Of a stretch of 64,000 nucleotides of DNA, positions 8,712-18,550 are shown in pieces; within the stretch, counting starts at the first letter, position 1, and the number at the start of each line of letters is the position of its first letter. The position numbers and the translations under genes were made by a program. A model generated the notes under the pieces. That model saw only the letters and a program-made list of their open reading frames with translations. It did no database searches and was not told the DNA's origin. Source of the stretch: an uncultured virus (IMG/VR IMGVR_UViG_3300046030_000062) (Duplodnaviria; Heunggongvirae; Uroviricota; Caudoviricetes); IMG/VR virus record IMGVR_UViG_3300046030_000062; one strand, written 5' to 3'.

Positions 8712-11234
8712 TCAGATCAGGTCTATAAATCGTGTTTCCGATGTTCCGTCCTCGTATTCAAATGTCACCTCAATGCCCACCTGTCCATTCGTACCTTTTG
8801 AGAGATTCTCGGAGGCAATCTGCGCCGAAAAGGTATAGCACTGCCGGTTGGCGGGCGTGATGGTCTGTGAAAGACTTTTTGTGGTATTCAGCGCACCTTC
8901 GCATTTGAAGGAAGCCGTGCCGGATACGCCATTATCTGCATCCACAGCAAATCCGGAGTTTTGCCAGTAGGTAAGGCCGGAATCTGCTCTGGAATTACGC
9001 AGGTGATTAAACGGCACCAGATCCTTCATTTCCTGACTGTCTATCAGATCGGTAGACTCCAGCGTATCGGCTGCGCTATCCCAGCGTGAGGAGGAATCGC
9101 CCAGCTCCCGGAGGGTAGTGGAAAGCTCCAGCACCGTATTCCAAGGCTCTTGCAGGTTGTATTCCCTACGGACGATTCTGGTCTTTACAGACAGGTTCAG
9201 GTCGTCATCCTTCACCATGACCGTATCGCCCAGCTCCCATGTTTCATGTTCATAGCCGGTTAACACCGACAGATCCATCGCCTTTAGTACATAGGAGATA
9301 CGAGGAGATGCATAGTCCGCCAGACGCATGTTGGCATATTCCAGCATCTGATACGGATTGGTGAAGTTCGAACAATCCAGCGTAGCAATTCGTATTTCGG
9401 AAGTATAGGTCGTGTCCTGCACATACTCGTTGCCGCCATTGATCGAGGCAAAGGTCATGCCGTCCTTGCCGTAGGCGTAAAGCTTTGTAATCAGGCTGGT
9501 TGTATCAACGACACGCTGAATGGACTTCATATTTTTCTTGTAGCAGAACAGCACGCCGGAATCCTCACCGGAGAAGGTCAGGAGCTTCACGATTCTGTTT
9601 GCGTTATCAAAAATCAGGTCGCCGCCGTGAATGTTCTGTACTGCCCGCAGGATCGCCAGCGCGTTTTTCTCAGAACAAGTCCAAGTACGCTTTGTGGAGA
9701 CATTAACCGTGCCCACATCCCAGTCAGTTCCCTGAAGAGCATAAGCTATCGGCGCATCTGCCGTGTCCGCGTTAAAGGTAATCTCATCCTTTTTCACGGA
9801 GTAGGCAAGATCATAGAACGCCGCCTCCGCATAGACCGTGGTGATGGCCTTGCCACTTTCTTCCTTGTCGTCCGTAATCGTGCGGATGCGATAGGTGTCG
9901 CTGACAATACGCACGGCCTTTTCGTTATCGATATAGGCGCGTTTGCTGTCCTGAAACGGCAGCTTAAATTCCAGCTCATCCACGCCGTTGATCTCACTGG
10001 TCACGATGATGTCATAGGCGTTATCCAGCACAGCTTCCACATTCCCGTCTGAGTCCAGAATGACCGGTCTTGCATAGCCAAGTTTGGTATAGAGCGGCTT
10101 TGGATTATTGTACAGACTGATAGATATCAGCGTAGGCGTCCTTGCTGTATTTGTGGTAGAAAGCGTGACGCGATATTTGATGTATTTCTTTGCAGGAGAT
10201 TCCAGCTCGCCGTTTGCACCGACAGCCTGCCACTCTGTCCAAGTGGAGAGGTCATCTGAGGTGGCCGTTTCCACAAGCGAGATAGAGGTCTCTCCCGGAG
10301 AGTAATCTGCTTTTACAGAAACTCTGCCGTTGCCAGTCACGCCACAGTCCTTTGCTGCAGTAATGAGCTGTCCGCTTGACGGATAGACAGAGTCTGTAGC
10401 TCGAAGCGTAACGACATCCGCTGTCGTCAAAGCGTCCACATCACCGGTCAGATCTGCACCGTTTGCGGAGAGCGATTCCAGAAAATATTCTTCAAGGTCA
10501 TCGGCGGTTAGATCAGAATCACAGTCGAGGAACCAATCATCAAAGCCGCCTGCATACCAGTAGGAGTCTGCGTGCATTCCCCAGATGAGGTCAGCCACGC
10601 AGCTACGATTCAGCTCTCCGGTAAAGGTCAACACATTTGACTGCCAAATCGTGCCGGAGCTCTTATCGCCAAGGATATACTGTGCTGTCTTGGCATTAGG
10701 CTTGATCACACAGGCGATAAAATACCAGTAGCCGTTTAGCAAAGAGAATGATGGCGTTACCGATGTATCGAGGATCAGGGAACCGGAGGAGTTATACAGC
10801 ATAATTCTCGGTTTTCCTCTGATCAGCGACAGATAGAAAATCGGCTGTCCAGAACCATAGCGGGTATTCAAGATCGGAGTATAGGTGTTGCCGACTGAAT
10901 ATGTCGTGGGCTTCATCCAGCCGCCGACCACGATGGTTTCACCGAGGCTTGAAAAGATGCTGCCGTCGTTTTCTACCTTCAGGTAGGTTTTCTCCGATGA
11001 AGGATTATTGATGTTCATCTGAAAATAGCGACCGAAATTGCCAGTTTTCATATCTGCGGTTGTTCCGCTCCAGTTATGAATATATGCCTTGCGATCCTTC
11101 CCGGAGGAATCCGCCAGATAATCATCTGCATCCGGTTCGGACTCGTTAAAACGCCAGAGACCGTCGGGAGCCCATGCAGCCGGGAACTCGCCGGTGAAGG
11201 CATCTTGGGTATTCAATATATTTTTAAGAGCCAT
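8712..11234 (-). CDS. Tal-like tail protein (prophage tail endopeptidase family) with N-terminal LamG/concanavalin-like module
   Basis: GLWRFNE...GGFDDW LamG-like region, then EINGVDELEF...ITKLYAYGKDG tail-spike motifs; follows Dit. Confidence 0.8.
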   Translation of the reverse strand: MALKNILNTQDAFTGEFPAAWAPDGLWRFNESEPDADDYLADSSGKDRKAYIHNWSGTTADMKTGNFGRYFQMNINNPSSEKTYLKVENDGSIFSSLGETIVVGGWMKPTTYSVGNTYTPILNTRYGSGQPIFYLSLIRGKPRIMLYNSSGSLILDTSVTPSFSLLNGYWYFIACVIKPNAKTAQYILGDKSSGTIWQSNVLTFTGELNRSCVADLIWGMHADSYWYAGGFDDWFLDCDSDLTADDLEEYFLESLSANGADLTGDVDALTTADVVTLRATDSVYPSSGQLITAAKDCGVTGNGRVSVKADYSPGETSISLVETATSDDLSTWTEWQAVGANGELESPAKKYIKYRVTLSTTNTARTPTLISISLYNNPKPLYTKLGYARPVILDSDGNVEAVLDNAYDIIVTSEINGVDELEFKLPFQDSKRAYIDNEKAVRIVSDTYRIRTITDDKEESGKAITTVYAEAAFYDLAYSVKKDEITFNADTADAPIAYALQGTDWDVGTVNVSTKRTWTCSEKNALAILRAVQNIHGGDLIFDNANRIVKLLTFSGEDSGVLFCYKKNMKSIQRVVDTTSLITKLYAYGKDGMTFASINGGNEYVQDTTYTSEIRIATLDCSNFTNPYQMLEYANMRLADYASPRISYVLKAMDLSVLTGYEHETWELGDTVMVKDDDLNLSVKTRIVRREYNLQEPWNTVLELSTTLRELGDSSSRWDSAADTLESTDLIDSQEMKDLVPFNHLRNSRADSGLTYWQNSGFAVDADNGVSGTASFKCEGALNTTKSLSQTITPANRQCYTFSAQIASENLSKGTNGQVGIEVTFEYEDGTSETRFIDLI

Positions 11235-11240
11235 GCAATA

Positions 11241-12020
11241 TCACCTCCAGCGGCTTCTGGCTTGAATGTTCAGTTCCGTAAATGTTGTACTCGTACCGAC
11301 CACAGCAATCACGATGGTATTATCTCCCGTATTTAAGACCGGGAAATTCAGCTCCGACAAAAGCGGGAGACCGTTTCGGAGGGTTTCTCCATTAGAATCA
11401 ACTACTTTTGCCGTCATCAGATCGGAGTCAATAATCAATGTTTCTCCGGCGGCAAGCCGTCCAATGATCTGAAGCTCGCTGCCGTTTGTGGTTATGGAGA
11501 TATACGAGTCCGTCCCGGAAGGAATTACACCCGTTAAGGAGTAGACCGGGTAGGACTCGATATTCCCAAGAGTGCGAGACGCGGTAAAGGTTCCGGTTTC
11601 CGCAAAATCAAAGGTCTCGTCTGATATGGCATAGCTATAAGGGTCTGGGCAGAAAAATTCCAGATCAAAGGTGCAGGAATTACGGACTGCCCGGTCAAAG
11701 GAGAATCCGGACGTAAGCCTTGCTTCATACACTCGTCCCGGTTCCTTGTCCAGAATGAGCTGGCAGAGGCCGTTGTCCGGATTCAGCCATTCGATAATAT
11801 CGTCCTTTTTTGAAAGAAACTGCTCGTCTGTCTTTCCCGGAGGAATGAAGCAGGAAATCAGTATCTTTCGCTCAGATACCGTTTCTCCAAAATCAAATAC
11901 ACCGTGCCGTCCGGGCATGGTGATCGTGTTGTTTCTAAGATCCGGCATACGGTATTCGTTTGTAATTCTTGTCGCAAGTCCCATAGACTGGGAGGTTGTT
12001 CCGTTAAATGAAAATCCCAT
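11241..12020 (-). CDS. Distal tail protein (Dit)
   Basis: FSFNG, PGRHG, F.CPDPY motifs; follows the tape measure gene. Confidence 0.85.
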   Translation of the reverse strand: MGFSFNGTTSQSMGLATRITNEYRMPDLRNNTITMPGRHGVFDFGETVSERKILISCFIPPGKTDEQFLSKKDDIIEWLNPDNGLCQLILDKEPGRVYEARLTSGFSFDRAVRNSCTFDLEFFCPDPYSYAISDETFDFAETGTFTASRTLGNIESYPVYSLTGVIPSGTDSYISITTNGSELQIIGRLAAGETLIIDSDLMTAKVVDSNGETLRNGLPLLSELNFPVLNTGDNTIVIAVVGTSTTFTELNIQARSRWR

Positions 12021-12021
12021 G

Positions 12022-14742
12022 TTACACCAGTCCTTTCGCCCTGCGTCCGGCAGTCAGAAGAGTATTGAGCTGCTGAGAAATCTTCCGGATATCGTCGTCG
12101 CTTCTGACACTCATTTCCTCGATATTGATGAGAGGCTGGTCGCCTGAAACACTGAGGGTAGCGCCGCTTACTGCATCCTGAATCATGGAGCGCAGCGAGC
12201 TCACACCGACCACAGCTTCATCACCGGCCTCACCGCCGCCAAGAAGTGTGCCTCCGCTCTGGCCGAAGATGGTCGCATCCTTTAAGATCATGCCGCCGGA
12301 CATCGCCTTCTTATACCAATCCACAGAAAAGTGCGGTATGGATGGCGGGTTCAGCGAAAAGCTGCCTGTGATGGAGAAGTGCGGCAGCTTGATCTTCGGC
12401 AGGCTCCAGCTGAAATTGAATACGTTCTTTAGCTTGTTTACGATGCCGGATACCGTGCTCCAGATGGTATTGAACACATTCGATATGGTACTCTTGATCC
12501 CATTTACGATATTGGACACCGTGCTCTTGATCGCATTGAAGCCGTTACTGATGCCGGACTTCATGGTATTCACCACATTCATGACCGCGCTCTTTATACC
12601 GTTCCAAACGGAAGTGGCTACGCTCTTTACGGCATTGAAAATCGTAGAGGTCGTAGTCTTGATGGCATTCCATGCGGTGGTGATGACCGTCTTTATGGCG
12701 TTCACGACAGTTTCAACAGCTGTTTTTATCGCGTTCCAAACAGTAGTAACCACGGTCTTTATCACGTTCAGGACGGTTTCGATGATCGTCTTGTAGATAT
12801 TGAAATAGGTGGTCACTACAGTTTTGATTGCATTGAAAATGGTTTCAAAAAAGCTCTTGATGCCATTCCAGATCGTAGAGATAACCGTCTTTATGGCATT
12901 CATCACGGTTTCAACCGTAGTTTTTATCGTATTCCAAGCTGTGGTAAGAAAACTGCTGATTGCATTTGCCACAGTGGTGAAGGTGTTCTTTATTGCCTCC
13001 CATATACTGACGAAGAAGTCCTTGATCGCCGTCCATACAGTAATGGCAATCTCCTTGACCTTTTCCCAGAGGTTGATCCAGAATTCTCTGAAGCCTTCGC
13101 AGTTGTTCCACAGGTAGATAAACGCAGCTACCAGCAGGCCGATGGCCGTAATGATCAGGCCTATCGGATTTGCCGCCATGACAGCATTCAGACCAGCCAT
13201 CGCCGTCTTTACTCCAGCCATAGCAGTGGTAACAGTAGGAATAATTGTCATAATCGTCCCAACAGCGGATATAACTTTGCCGACGATTACAAGTACCGGC
13301 CCGATTGCAGCAGCCACGAGTGCAATTTTTACGATCATCTGCTGCATAGGCTCTCCGAGGTTGTTCCACCATTCGGCGAGGGATTTCAGCTTGTCAGAGA
13401 GCTCTTTAAGGACAGGAGCGAGAACTGACATCAGGGAGTTGCCGACCTCCGCACCGGTTTCCTTCAGAGAGTTCATGGTCATCTGAAACTGGTCAATCGG
13501 GTCGAGTGTCTCATTGAAGGTATTCTCGACACTGCCTTCAAAATCTCCGAGGAAGCCGGAGAAATCCGACAGGTTGAGCTTTCCGGTCTGCACGGCATTA
13601 TAAATGGAGGCACCGGCCTTACTTCCGAAGAGGTCATAGGCCGCCTGCAGCTTTTCTGCATCGCTTCCGCTTCCCTGCATGGTAGTGGAGAATTCCGCAA
13701 GTGCCTGATCCAGCGTTTTGCCGTCTGCCGTTGCATTCTTCATGGCTGTCTTTAAGCCCATCATGGCGGCAGATGTATCAAGGCCGGACATTTCCACCAT
13801 GCCCATAAAGCCAGCGGCCTGCTGGGCAGTGAGTCCCATTTCCTTCAGCTGCGCGGCATTGGAGGAGAGGGCATTTGCCAGCGTGTCCATATCAATGCCG
13901 GTGGCCTGACCGGTAGCGTTTAAGGCATCCAGAAGATTATCTGCCTCGGAAGCGTCCATGCCGAAGGCGTTCATGACGGAGGATACATTGTCGATTGATG
14001 TCGAAACATCGGTATCATTGAGCTGGGCAAACTTGATGAATTTTGCCGAGAGGTCATCCAGCGCCTGCCCGGTCAGGCCGAAACGGGTGTTGACCTCGCC
14101 GACAGCAGCACCGGCAGTTTCGAAGTCCGTCGGTATCTCCGTGGCGAGGTCTTTTACGATCTGGCACATATCCTCCAGCTCATCGCCGGTAGCACCAGTT
14201 TTCTGTGCAACGATGTCGAGACCAGCATCCACCTCGTTAAAGGCAGCAATGGAGGCAGCGCCGATGGCGACAATGGGAGCCGTTACATGCGTAGACAGGC
14301 TCGTGCCGACATCCGATATTTTCCCGCCGACCTCCTGCAGTTTAGAGCCGGTCGCCCGGAGTGTTGCCGTGATAGAAGTATCTGTTTCCCGACATTGCTG
14401 TTCGAGGTTTTTGAGCTCGTTTTCGGTCTCTATGATCTCACGCTGCCATGCATCATATTGCTGCTGGGTGACGGTACCGTTTTTTAGTCCAGCATCCATC
14501 TGGTCTTGCACGGACTTCAGCTGTGTGAGCTTTTCCTTCGTTTCGGAGACTGCCTGTTGTAGGAGCTTCTGTTTCTGTTCGAGCAGCGTGGTATTTGTCG
14601 GGTCGAGCTTCAGGAGCTTGTTGACATCCTTCAGCTGCGACTGTGTTGATTTGATTTCCTTGTTTACACCGGATAGGGCTTTGGAAAGGCCGGTCGTATC
14701 GCCGCCGATTTCCACGGTTATGCCTTTTATTCTGTCAGCCAT
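12022..14742 (-). CDS. Tail tape measure protein
   Basis: MADRIKGITVEIGGDTT start, 11-residue W/F periodic repeats, NPIGLII segment. Confidence 0.92.
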   Translation of the reverse strand: MADRIKGITVEIGGDTTGLSKALSGVNKEIKSTQSQLKDVNKLLKLDPTNTTLLEQKQKLLQQAVSETKEKLTQLKSVQDQMDAGLKNGTVTQQQYDAWQREIIETENELKNLEQQCRETDTSITATLRATGSKLQEVGGKISDVGTSLSTHVTAPIVAIGAASIAAFNEVDAGLDIVAQKTGATGDELEDMCQIVKDLATEIPTDFETAGAAVGEVNTRFGLTGQALDDLSAKFIKFAQLNDTDVSTSIDNVSSVMNAFGMDASEADNLLDALNATGQATGIDMDTLANALSSNAAQLKEMGLTAQQAAGFMGMVEMSGLDTSAAMMGLKTAMKNATADGKTLDQALAEFSTTMQGSGSDAEKLQAAYDLFGSKAGASIYNAVQTGKLNLSDFSGFLGDFEGSVENTFNETLDPIDQFQMTMNSLKETGAEVGNSLMSVLAPVLKELSDKLKSLAEWWNNLGEPMQQMIVKIALVAAAIGPVLVIVGKVISAVGTIMTIIPTVTTAMAGVKTAMAGLNAVMAANPIGLIITAIGLLVAAFIYLWNNCEGFREFWINLWEKVKEIAITVWTAIKDFFVSIWEAIKNTFTTVANAISSFLTTAWNTIKTTVETVMNAIKTVISTIWNGIKSFFETIFNAIKTVVTTYFNIYKTIIETVLNVIKTVVTTVWNAIKTAVETVVNAIKTVITTAWNAIKTTTSTIFNAVKSVATSVWNGIKSAVMNVVNTMKSGISNGFNAIKSTVSNIVNGIKSTISNVFNTIWSTVSGIVNKLKNVFNFSWSLPKIKLPHFSITGSFSLNPPSIPHFSVDWYKKAMSGGMILKDATIFGQSGGTLLGGGEAGDEAVVGVSSLRSMIQDAVSGATLSVSGDQPLINIEEMSVRSDDDIRKISQQLNTLLTAGRRAKGLV

Positions 14743-14760
14743 GCGATGACCTCCTTCCTG

Positions 14761-14925
14761 TTAAAATCGATCCATCTGCTCCTGTGTCGCGAGCGCAGGA
14801 TAGTTGTAATCGTCGTTGCTCATTTCTGCGTACATGTCATTGACAGTCCCGATGGTGAGCAGGTCAAGCTCCGAGATGGAAAGCCCGATCTGCACGCACC
14901 GGAGTAAAAAGAGCGGGGTTGTCAT
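14761..14925 (-). CDS. Tail assembly chaperone extension (gpT-like; -1 frameshift product or coupled ORF)
   Basis: 54-codon ORF MTTPLFLLRCVQIGL... in the -1 frame after an A8 run; conserved at 62382-62546; absent from the ORF track. Confidence 0.75.
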   Translation of the reverse strand: MTTPLFLLRCVQIGLSISELDLLTIGTVNDMYAEMSNDDYNYPALATQEQMDRF

Positions 14926-15299
14926 TTCCCGCTCTGTCGGATGATGTTTTTTTTAGACTCCACCTGCTGTTCCACATTCAGTCCCCACAGCTCGATGATC
15001 TGTGGCAGGATTTCATAGATGGAGAAAGTGTTGAACTGGTCGAGCCAGTCCTCCGGGGTATCCGGGACATCAGGATTCTGATGCTTTGCCATCAGCCATG
15101 CGATGTTCTCAAAAAGTTCCAGACTGAAAGTGTCCAGATTGGAGCTTTCTGCATCGTTTTCATCGATGCCTTTCTGTAGCTCGTTTAAATCCTTGTATAT
15201 GTCCCTGTGGAATTTGTTTCTGTATAGGCGAGGAATGGCGGCAGAGGCGCGGAATTGTACCTCCTTGCCGTCAACCTCGATTGTTTTTGTTACAGCCAT
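14922..15299 (-). CDS. Tail assembly chaperone (gpG-like)
   Basis: Lies between major tail and tape measure genes; slippery A AAA AAC near the 3' end. Confidence 0.82.
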   Translation of the reverse strand: MAVTKTIEVDGKEVQFRASAAIPRLYRNKFHRDIYKDLNELQKGIDENDAESSNLDTFSLELFENIAWLMAKHQNPDVPDTPEDWLDQFNTFSIYEILPQIIELWGLNVEQQVESKKNIIRQSGK

Positions 15300-15310
15300 A
15301 TTGCGCCTCC

Positions 15311-15904
15311 TTACTCACCGTCGTCACCGTTGCTTACCGAAGCACTCGGCTCATATACAGCGTTGTACCATGCGTCGTAAACAGTGCTCGTAGTGTTCGT
15401 GCCAGTTTTGACCTTCACAATGCCGGAAGGGAGCGGAGAAGCCGTAATGGAGAGCGTCTCTGTCTGCACCTCAGTAGAGTCCTCCTTGGTGCTTCCGGTG
15501 ACGGAAGGGCGGGTCGCGCTGCAGTAATACATGCAGTGACGGATCTTTCTCTGATCGCCGGAGAACTCGAAAAGCAGAGCAAAATGCTCTGGCTCCACGT
15601 CCTTGTTCTCCACAATGACACCGTTGGCATCTTCGGTCTCGTGCATGACGTCCGTGAGAAAGCTCTCCGGAATCAGCGCCAGCTCAAAGTCGCCGGAATA
15701 ACCGTTGTTGTTTGAAACCATGTAATATACGGAGTCGTCCGCATAAAACGGATCATTATCTCCCTCAGCATCCAGCGAAAGGGATACGGCACCGGGCATT
15801 GCTACAGGCGTGCCAAAGGTAACAGTACCGTCAGCGGCAAGCGTAGCAATTGCGTAGTGGCAGTTTTTAAGGCCGAACTTGACCTTGTTACTCGTGTTAG
15901 ACAT
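15311..15904 (-). CDS. Major tail protein (phi13 family)
   Basis: NKVKFGLKN, FYADD, FALLFEF.GD motifs. Confidence 0.9.
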   Translation of the reverse strand: MSNTSNKVKFGLKNCHYAIATLAADGTVTFGTPVAMPGAVSLSLDAEGDNDPFYADDSVYYMVSNNNGYSGDFELALIPESFLTDVMHETEDANGVIVENKDVEPEHFALLFEFSGDQRKIRHCMYYCSATRPSVTGSTKEDSTEVQTETLSITASPLPSGIVKVKTGTNTTSTVYDAWYNAVYEPSASVSNGDDGE

Positions 15905-15909
15905 AGTTT

Positions 15910-16236
15910 TTAACCTCCTATAATCTGTGTTTGATATAAGACCTCGTACAGCTTCTCCGACTCGATCCATACCTCAGATTTCTCATAAGGCAGGTCGTGG
16001 GCGATTAAGATGTCCTCGATCTGGGTTTCTGTTTCCGGGTCTTTTACGTCCGTGTATAATTCGATGTTCAGTTCATCAATTTTCTTGAACACCGTGTCAT
16101 CCGCGAACATATTGTTAGAGCCCGGATATAGAAAAACGAGGAAGGGCGGGTCTGGTGACTCGCCTTCGGCAAAGTGGTCGTAGGCAAGCGGCAGACCGGC
16201 TTCCTCTAACATGGTGATTACATCGTCGTATGTCAT
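15910..16236 (-). CDS. Tail terminator/completion protein
   Basis: Position; FADD, IELYT, YEVLY motifs. Confidence 0.75.
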   Translation of the reverse strand: MTYDDVITMLEEAGLPLAYDHFAEGESPDPPFLVFLYPGSNNMFADDTVFKKIDELNIELYTDVKDPETETQIEDILIAHDLPYEKSEVWIESEKLYEVLYQTQIIGG

Positions 16237-16619
16237 GATCCACCTCCCAGTTTCTGCTTGATGGTATTGACGAGCTTTTCGTTTCCGCGCTCCTCGGCTG
16301 AGGCGATATGAGGCTGCGCCGGAACACGTCCGCCGCCACGTTTCACATGCCCGTGCTCCAGAAGGTGTGCCAGCTGATAGCGGTTTTTCGAATGCACCAC
16401 GAGGCCAATGCTCTGTGAATCCTCATGCATATTCTTGACCGACCAGCTTTTCTTGTATTTGCCGGTATCGACCGGAGCGCCAGTCTGAATATCCTTGCGG
16501 ACGGAAGCGGCAGTCTCTTTCACTGCAGCCTTCAGGTCATCTGTAGCGAGCTTTGAATATTTTTCGAGTTCCTCCATAATGGCGTCGCCCATCTCGCTTA
16601 TTGATACATTTCTACTCAT
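16233..16619 (-). CDS. HK97 gp10-like neck protein
   Basis: APVDTG.Y.KSW, HLLEHGH motifs. Confidence 0.85.
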   Translation of the reverse strand: MSRNVSISEMGDAIMEELEKYSKLATDDLKAAVKETAASVRKDIQTGAPVDTGKYKKSWSVKNMHEDSQSIGLVVHSKNRYQLAHLLEHGHVKRGGGRVPAQPHIASAEERGNEKLVNTIKQKLGGGS

Positions 16620-16948
16620 GCGTTCTTCTCCAGCTTGCAGTTGAATTTCAGGCTGTTATGCTTATAGCCCATCGGATTCACATAGGTGATGTTGTAGGTG
16701 CGGCCTTCCGCGATGATCCGGTATTTTGTCGATTCCACATCCGCAAGCTCAGAGCAGTGGCGGCAGGTGAAGTCCAGCGATTCCTCCGGATTGATGACTA
16801 CACCGGAAGATTCGGAACCGGAGCTCGTGCCGACAGTCGCCCAGCAGGAAAAATAATCCGCCCAGCCGGTTTTGTGGTTTCCGTATTTGTCGACGATGAC
16901 CGTATTTTTCTGGAAGGTGACTCGCACCCTCATAGCTGCTATATTCAT
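16616..16948 (-). CDS. Head-tail adaptor / head closure protein (SPP1 gp16-like)
   Basis: Position and size; RII.EGR.YNI motif. Confidence 0.8.
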   Translation of the reverse strand: MNIAAMRVRVTFQKNTVIVDKYGNHKTGWADYFSCWATVGTSSGSESSGVVINPEESLDFTCRHCSELADVESTKYRIIAEGRTYNITYVNPMGYKHNSLKFNCKLEKNA

Positions 16949-17280
16949 GAAAACGCTCCTTCCCGTATTGCAAAAAGAAGAGAGCGCAGTGTCATGGTAA
17001 GAGCATGGTGGTCGGCTTCCTCCCTGTGCTCAAAGAGATAGGCACAGGTATAGAGGATAGCGACCTTCATGGTTTCACGGATTGCAGACAGCTCCGCCTC
17101 GGTATATTCATCAGAAGAAGCGGCATCGGAGTCGATCACTTCCCACTGATTATCCGTAAGTCTTGCAATATCAATACATAAGCGAATTGCGGAGGCCAAG
17201 AGGATACCGACCGTGGCATCCTCATCCGACGAATCTACGCGCAGATAGGCCTTCGCATCTTCAGTTGAAATCAAAGCCAC
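16945..17280 (-). CDS. Head-tail connector (HK97 gp6-like)
   Basis: AKAYLRVD...ED, LFEHRE motifs; follows the capsid gene. Confidence 0.85.
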   Translation of the reverse strand: MALISTEDAKAYLRVDSSDEDATVGILLASAIRLCIDIARLTDNQWEVIDSDAASSDEYTEAELSAIRETMKVAILYTCAYLFEHREEADHHALTMTLRSLLFAIREGAFS

Positions 17281-17299
17281 GGTCGTTCACCTCCCTGTC

Positions 17300-18535
17300 T
17301 TAAGAACCGGAAGTTGCCTTCATGTCGAGAATCTTGATGCCTTCGGAAAGGATCAGCTTGCCGTCAACACGCTCCGTGCAGGTAAAGCCGACCTGACCGT
17401 TGGTAGCGTAAAGCTCGTTGAGACGCTTGATCGTGCGACCGGCTCTATCAGCGATCCAGTAGCAGGAGAAGTCGCCGAATGCGATGGCTCTTGCGCCTGC
17501 GGCCATTGTAGGTACCTTCGGAGAGGTGTAGAGCGGATAGCCAAGCAGTCTGTCGGGCTCTCCGGCAGTAAGTGCAGGCTGCCATACATAGACGCCGTTC
17601 AGATCCTTGAGCTTTCTGATAGCTGCGACAGTGGCATCGTTCATGAGGAACTTCGCCTTGCTGCGATAAGGAGCCTTGAGAGAGTACACAAGGCTGATCA
17701 GCTCATCGGCGGTAATTGCCGTAGCGGAAGCTGCGGTAACGCCGGAAGGAGCACCACCAGCGGCAGAAGGGATGAACAGGCCAGTAGGTCTGTCGATAGC
17801 CGTCTGGCCGGTCTGCACAGCACCGTTGATGAAGGCATCCTCTTCAGCTTCACCGAAGGCGCGACCGAATTCCTCAGAGATGTAGCCCTCAATATCAAAG
17901 AAGCTGTCGGAAAGCAGCTCGTCGGACACCTTGATGAGGTCAGTCAGCTTGAAAGCGTCAATGCTGGTCTGAGCGAAGGTCGGATTGCTCTCGGTGTAGG
18001 CACCGTTCTCGGCAGTCCACGCCGCCTGCGTGTGGCCATTTGCCACAGGGATCTTGCGTTCGTTCTGTGTGGTAATGACCTTGCAGCCGATAGTACGCAT
18101 GATGTTGTTTTCATTAAGCGCCTGAACAAGGGTGTGCTCGAATTCAATCGGAACAAGGTATCCGCCGTTTGCATCGGTTCCTTCCTCAAGTACATCGCGG
18201 ATTGCAGGATTGCCGGGATGACGGATGTTGTCCCAGAAGGCCTTCTTGTAGGCTGCAGAAGCTCTGCCGGGCTTATCCTCCGGTTCATCCTTTACACCGG
18301 GCTTTCCGGTGAGCGGAGTAGAAGTCGGTGCACTCATCATCTTGTCGATCTGCTCCTGACGCTGCAGGCGCTCGATATCCTTGGTGAGGTCGGTGACTTC
18401 CTTTTCCATCTTGTCGTAGGTTGCGGCATCCTCCGCAGAAACCATGCCGCCGTTCTGAGAGTGGCTATTAAGAAACGCCTTAGCGGCCTCCCATGCCTTC
18501 GCTCTCTTGTCCATGAGTTCCATAATCTGAGTCAT
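17300..18535 (-). CDS. Major capsid protein, HK97 family
   Basis: N-terminal coiled coil, GGYLVP, SDELL.DS, RLLGYP, FGDFS, ERVDG. Confidence 0.95.
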   Translation of the reverse strand: MTQIMELMDKRAKAWEAAKAFLNSHSQNGGMVSAEDAATYDKMEKEVTDLTKDIERLQRQEQIDKMMSAPTSTPLTGKPGVKDEPEDKPGRASAAYKKAFWDNIRHPGNPAIRDVLEEGTDANGGYLVPIEFEHTLVQALNENNIMRTIGCKVITTQNERKIPVANGHTQAAWTAENGAYTESNPTFAQTSIDAFKLTDLIKVSDELLSDSFFDIEGYISEEFGRAFGEAEEDAFINGAVQTGQTAIDRPTGLFIPSAAGGAPSGVTAASATAITADELISLVYSLKAPYRSKAKFLMNDATVAAIRKLKDLNGVYVWQPALTAGEPDRLLGYPLYTSPKVPTMAAGARAIAFGDFSCYWIADRAGRTIKRLNELYATNGQVGFTCTERVDGKLILSEGIKILDMKATSGS

Positions 18536-18550
18536 AGTAAAATTCCTCCT

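Noticed and set aside
5460..12020. Diversity-generating retroelement or invertible tail-fibre cassette
   Set aside because: No reverse transcriptase, template/variable repeat pair or inverted tail segments are visible; the recombinases are large integrase-type.
12400..13100. Periodic repeats in the tape measure gene
   Set aside because: Ordinary 11-residue aromatic periodicity of tape measure proteins.
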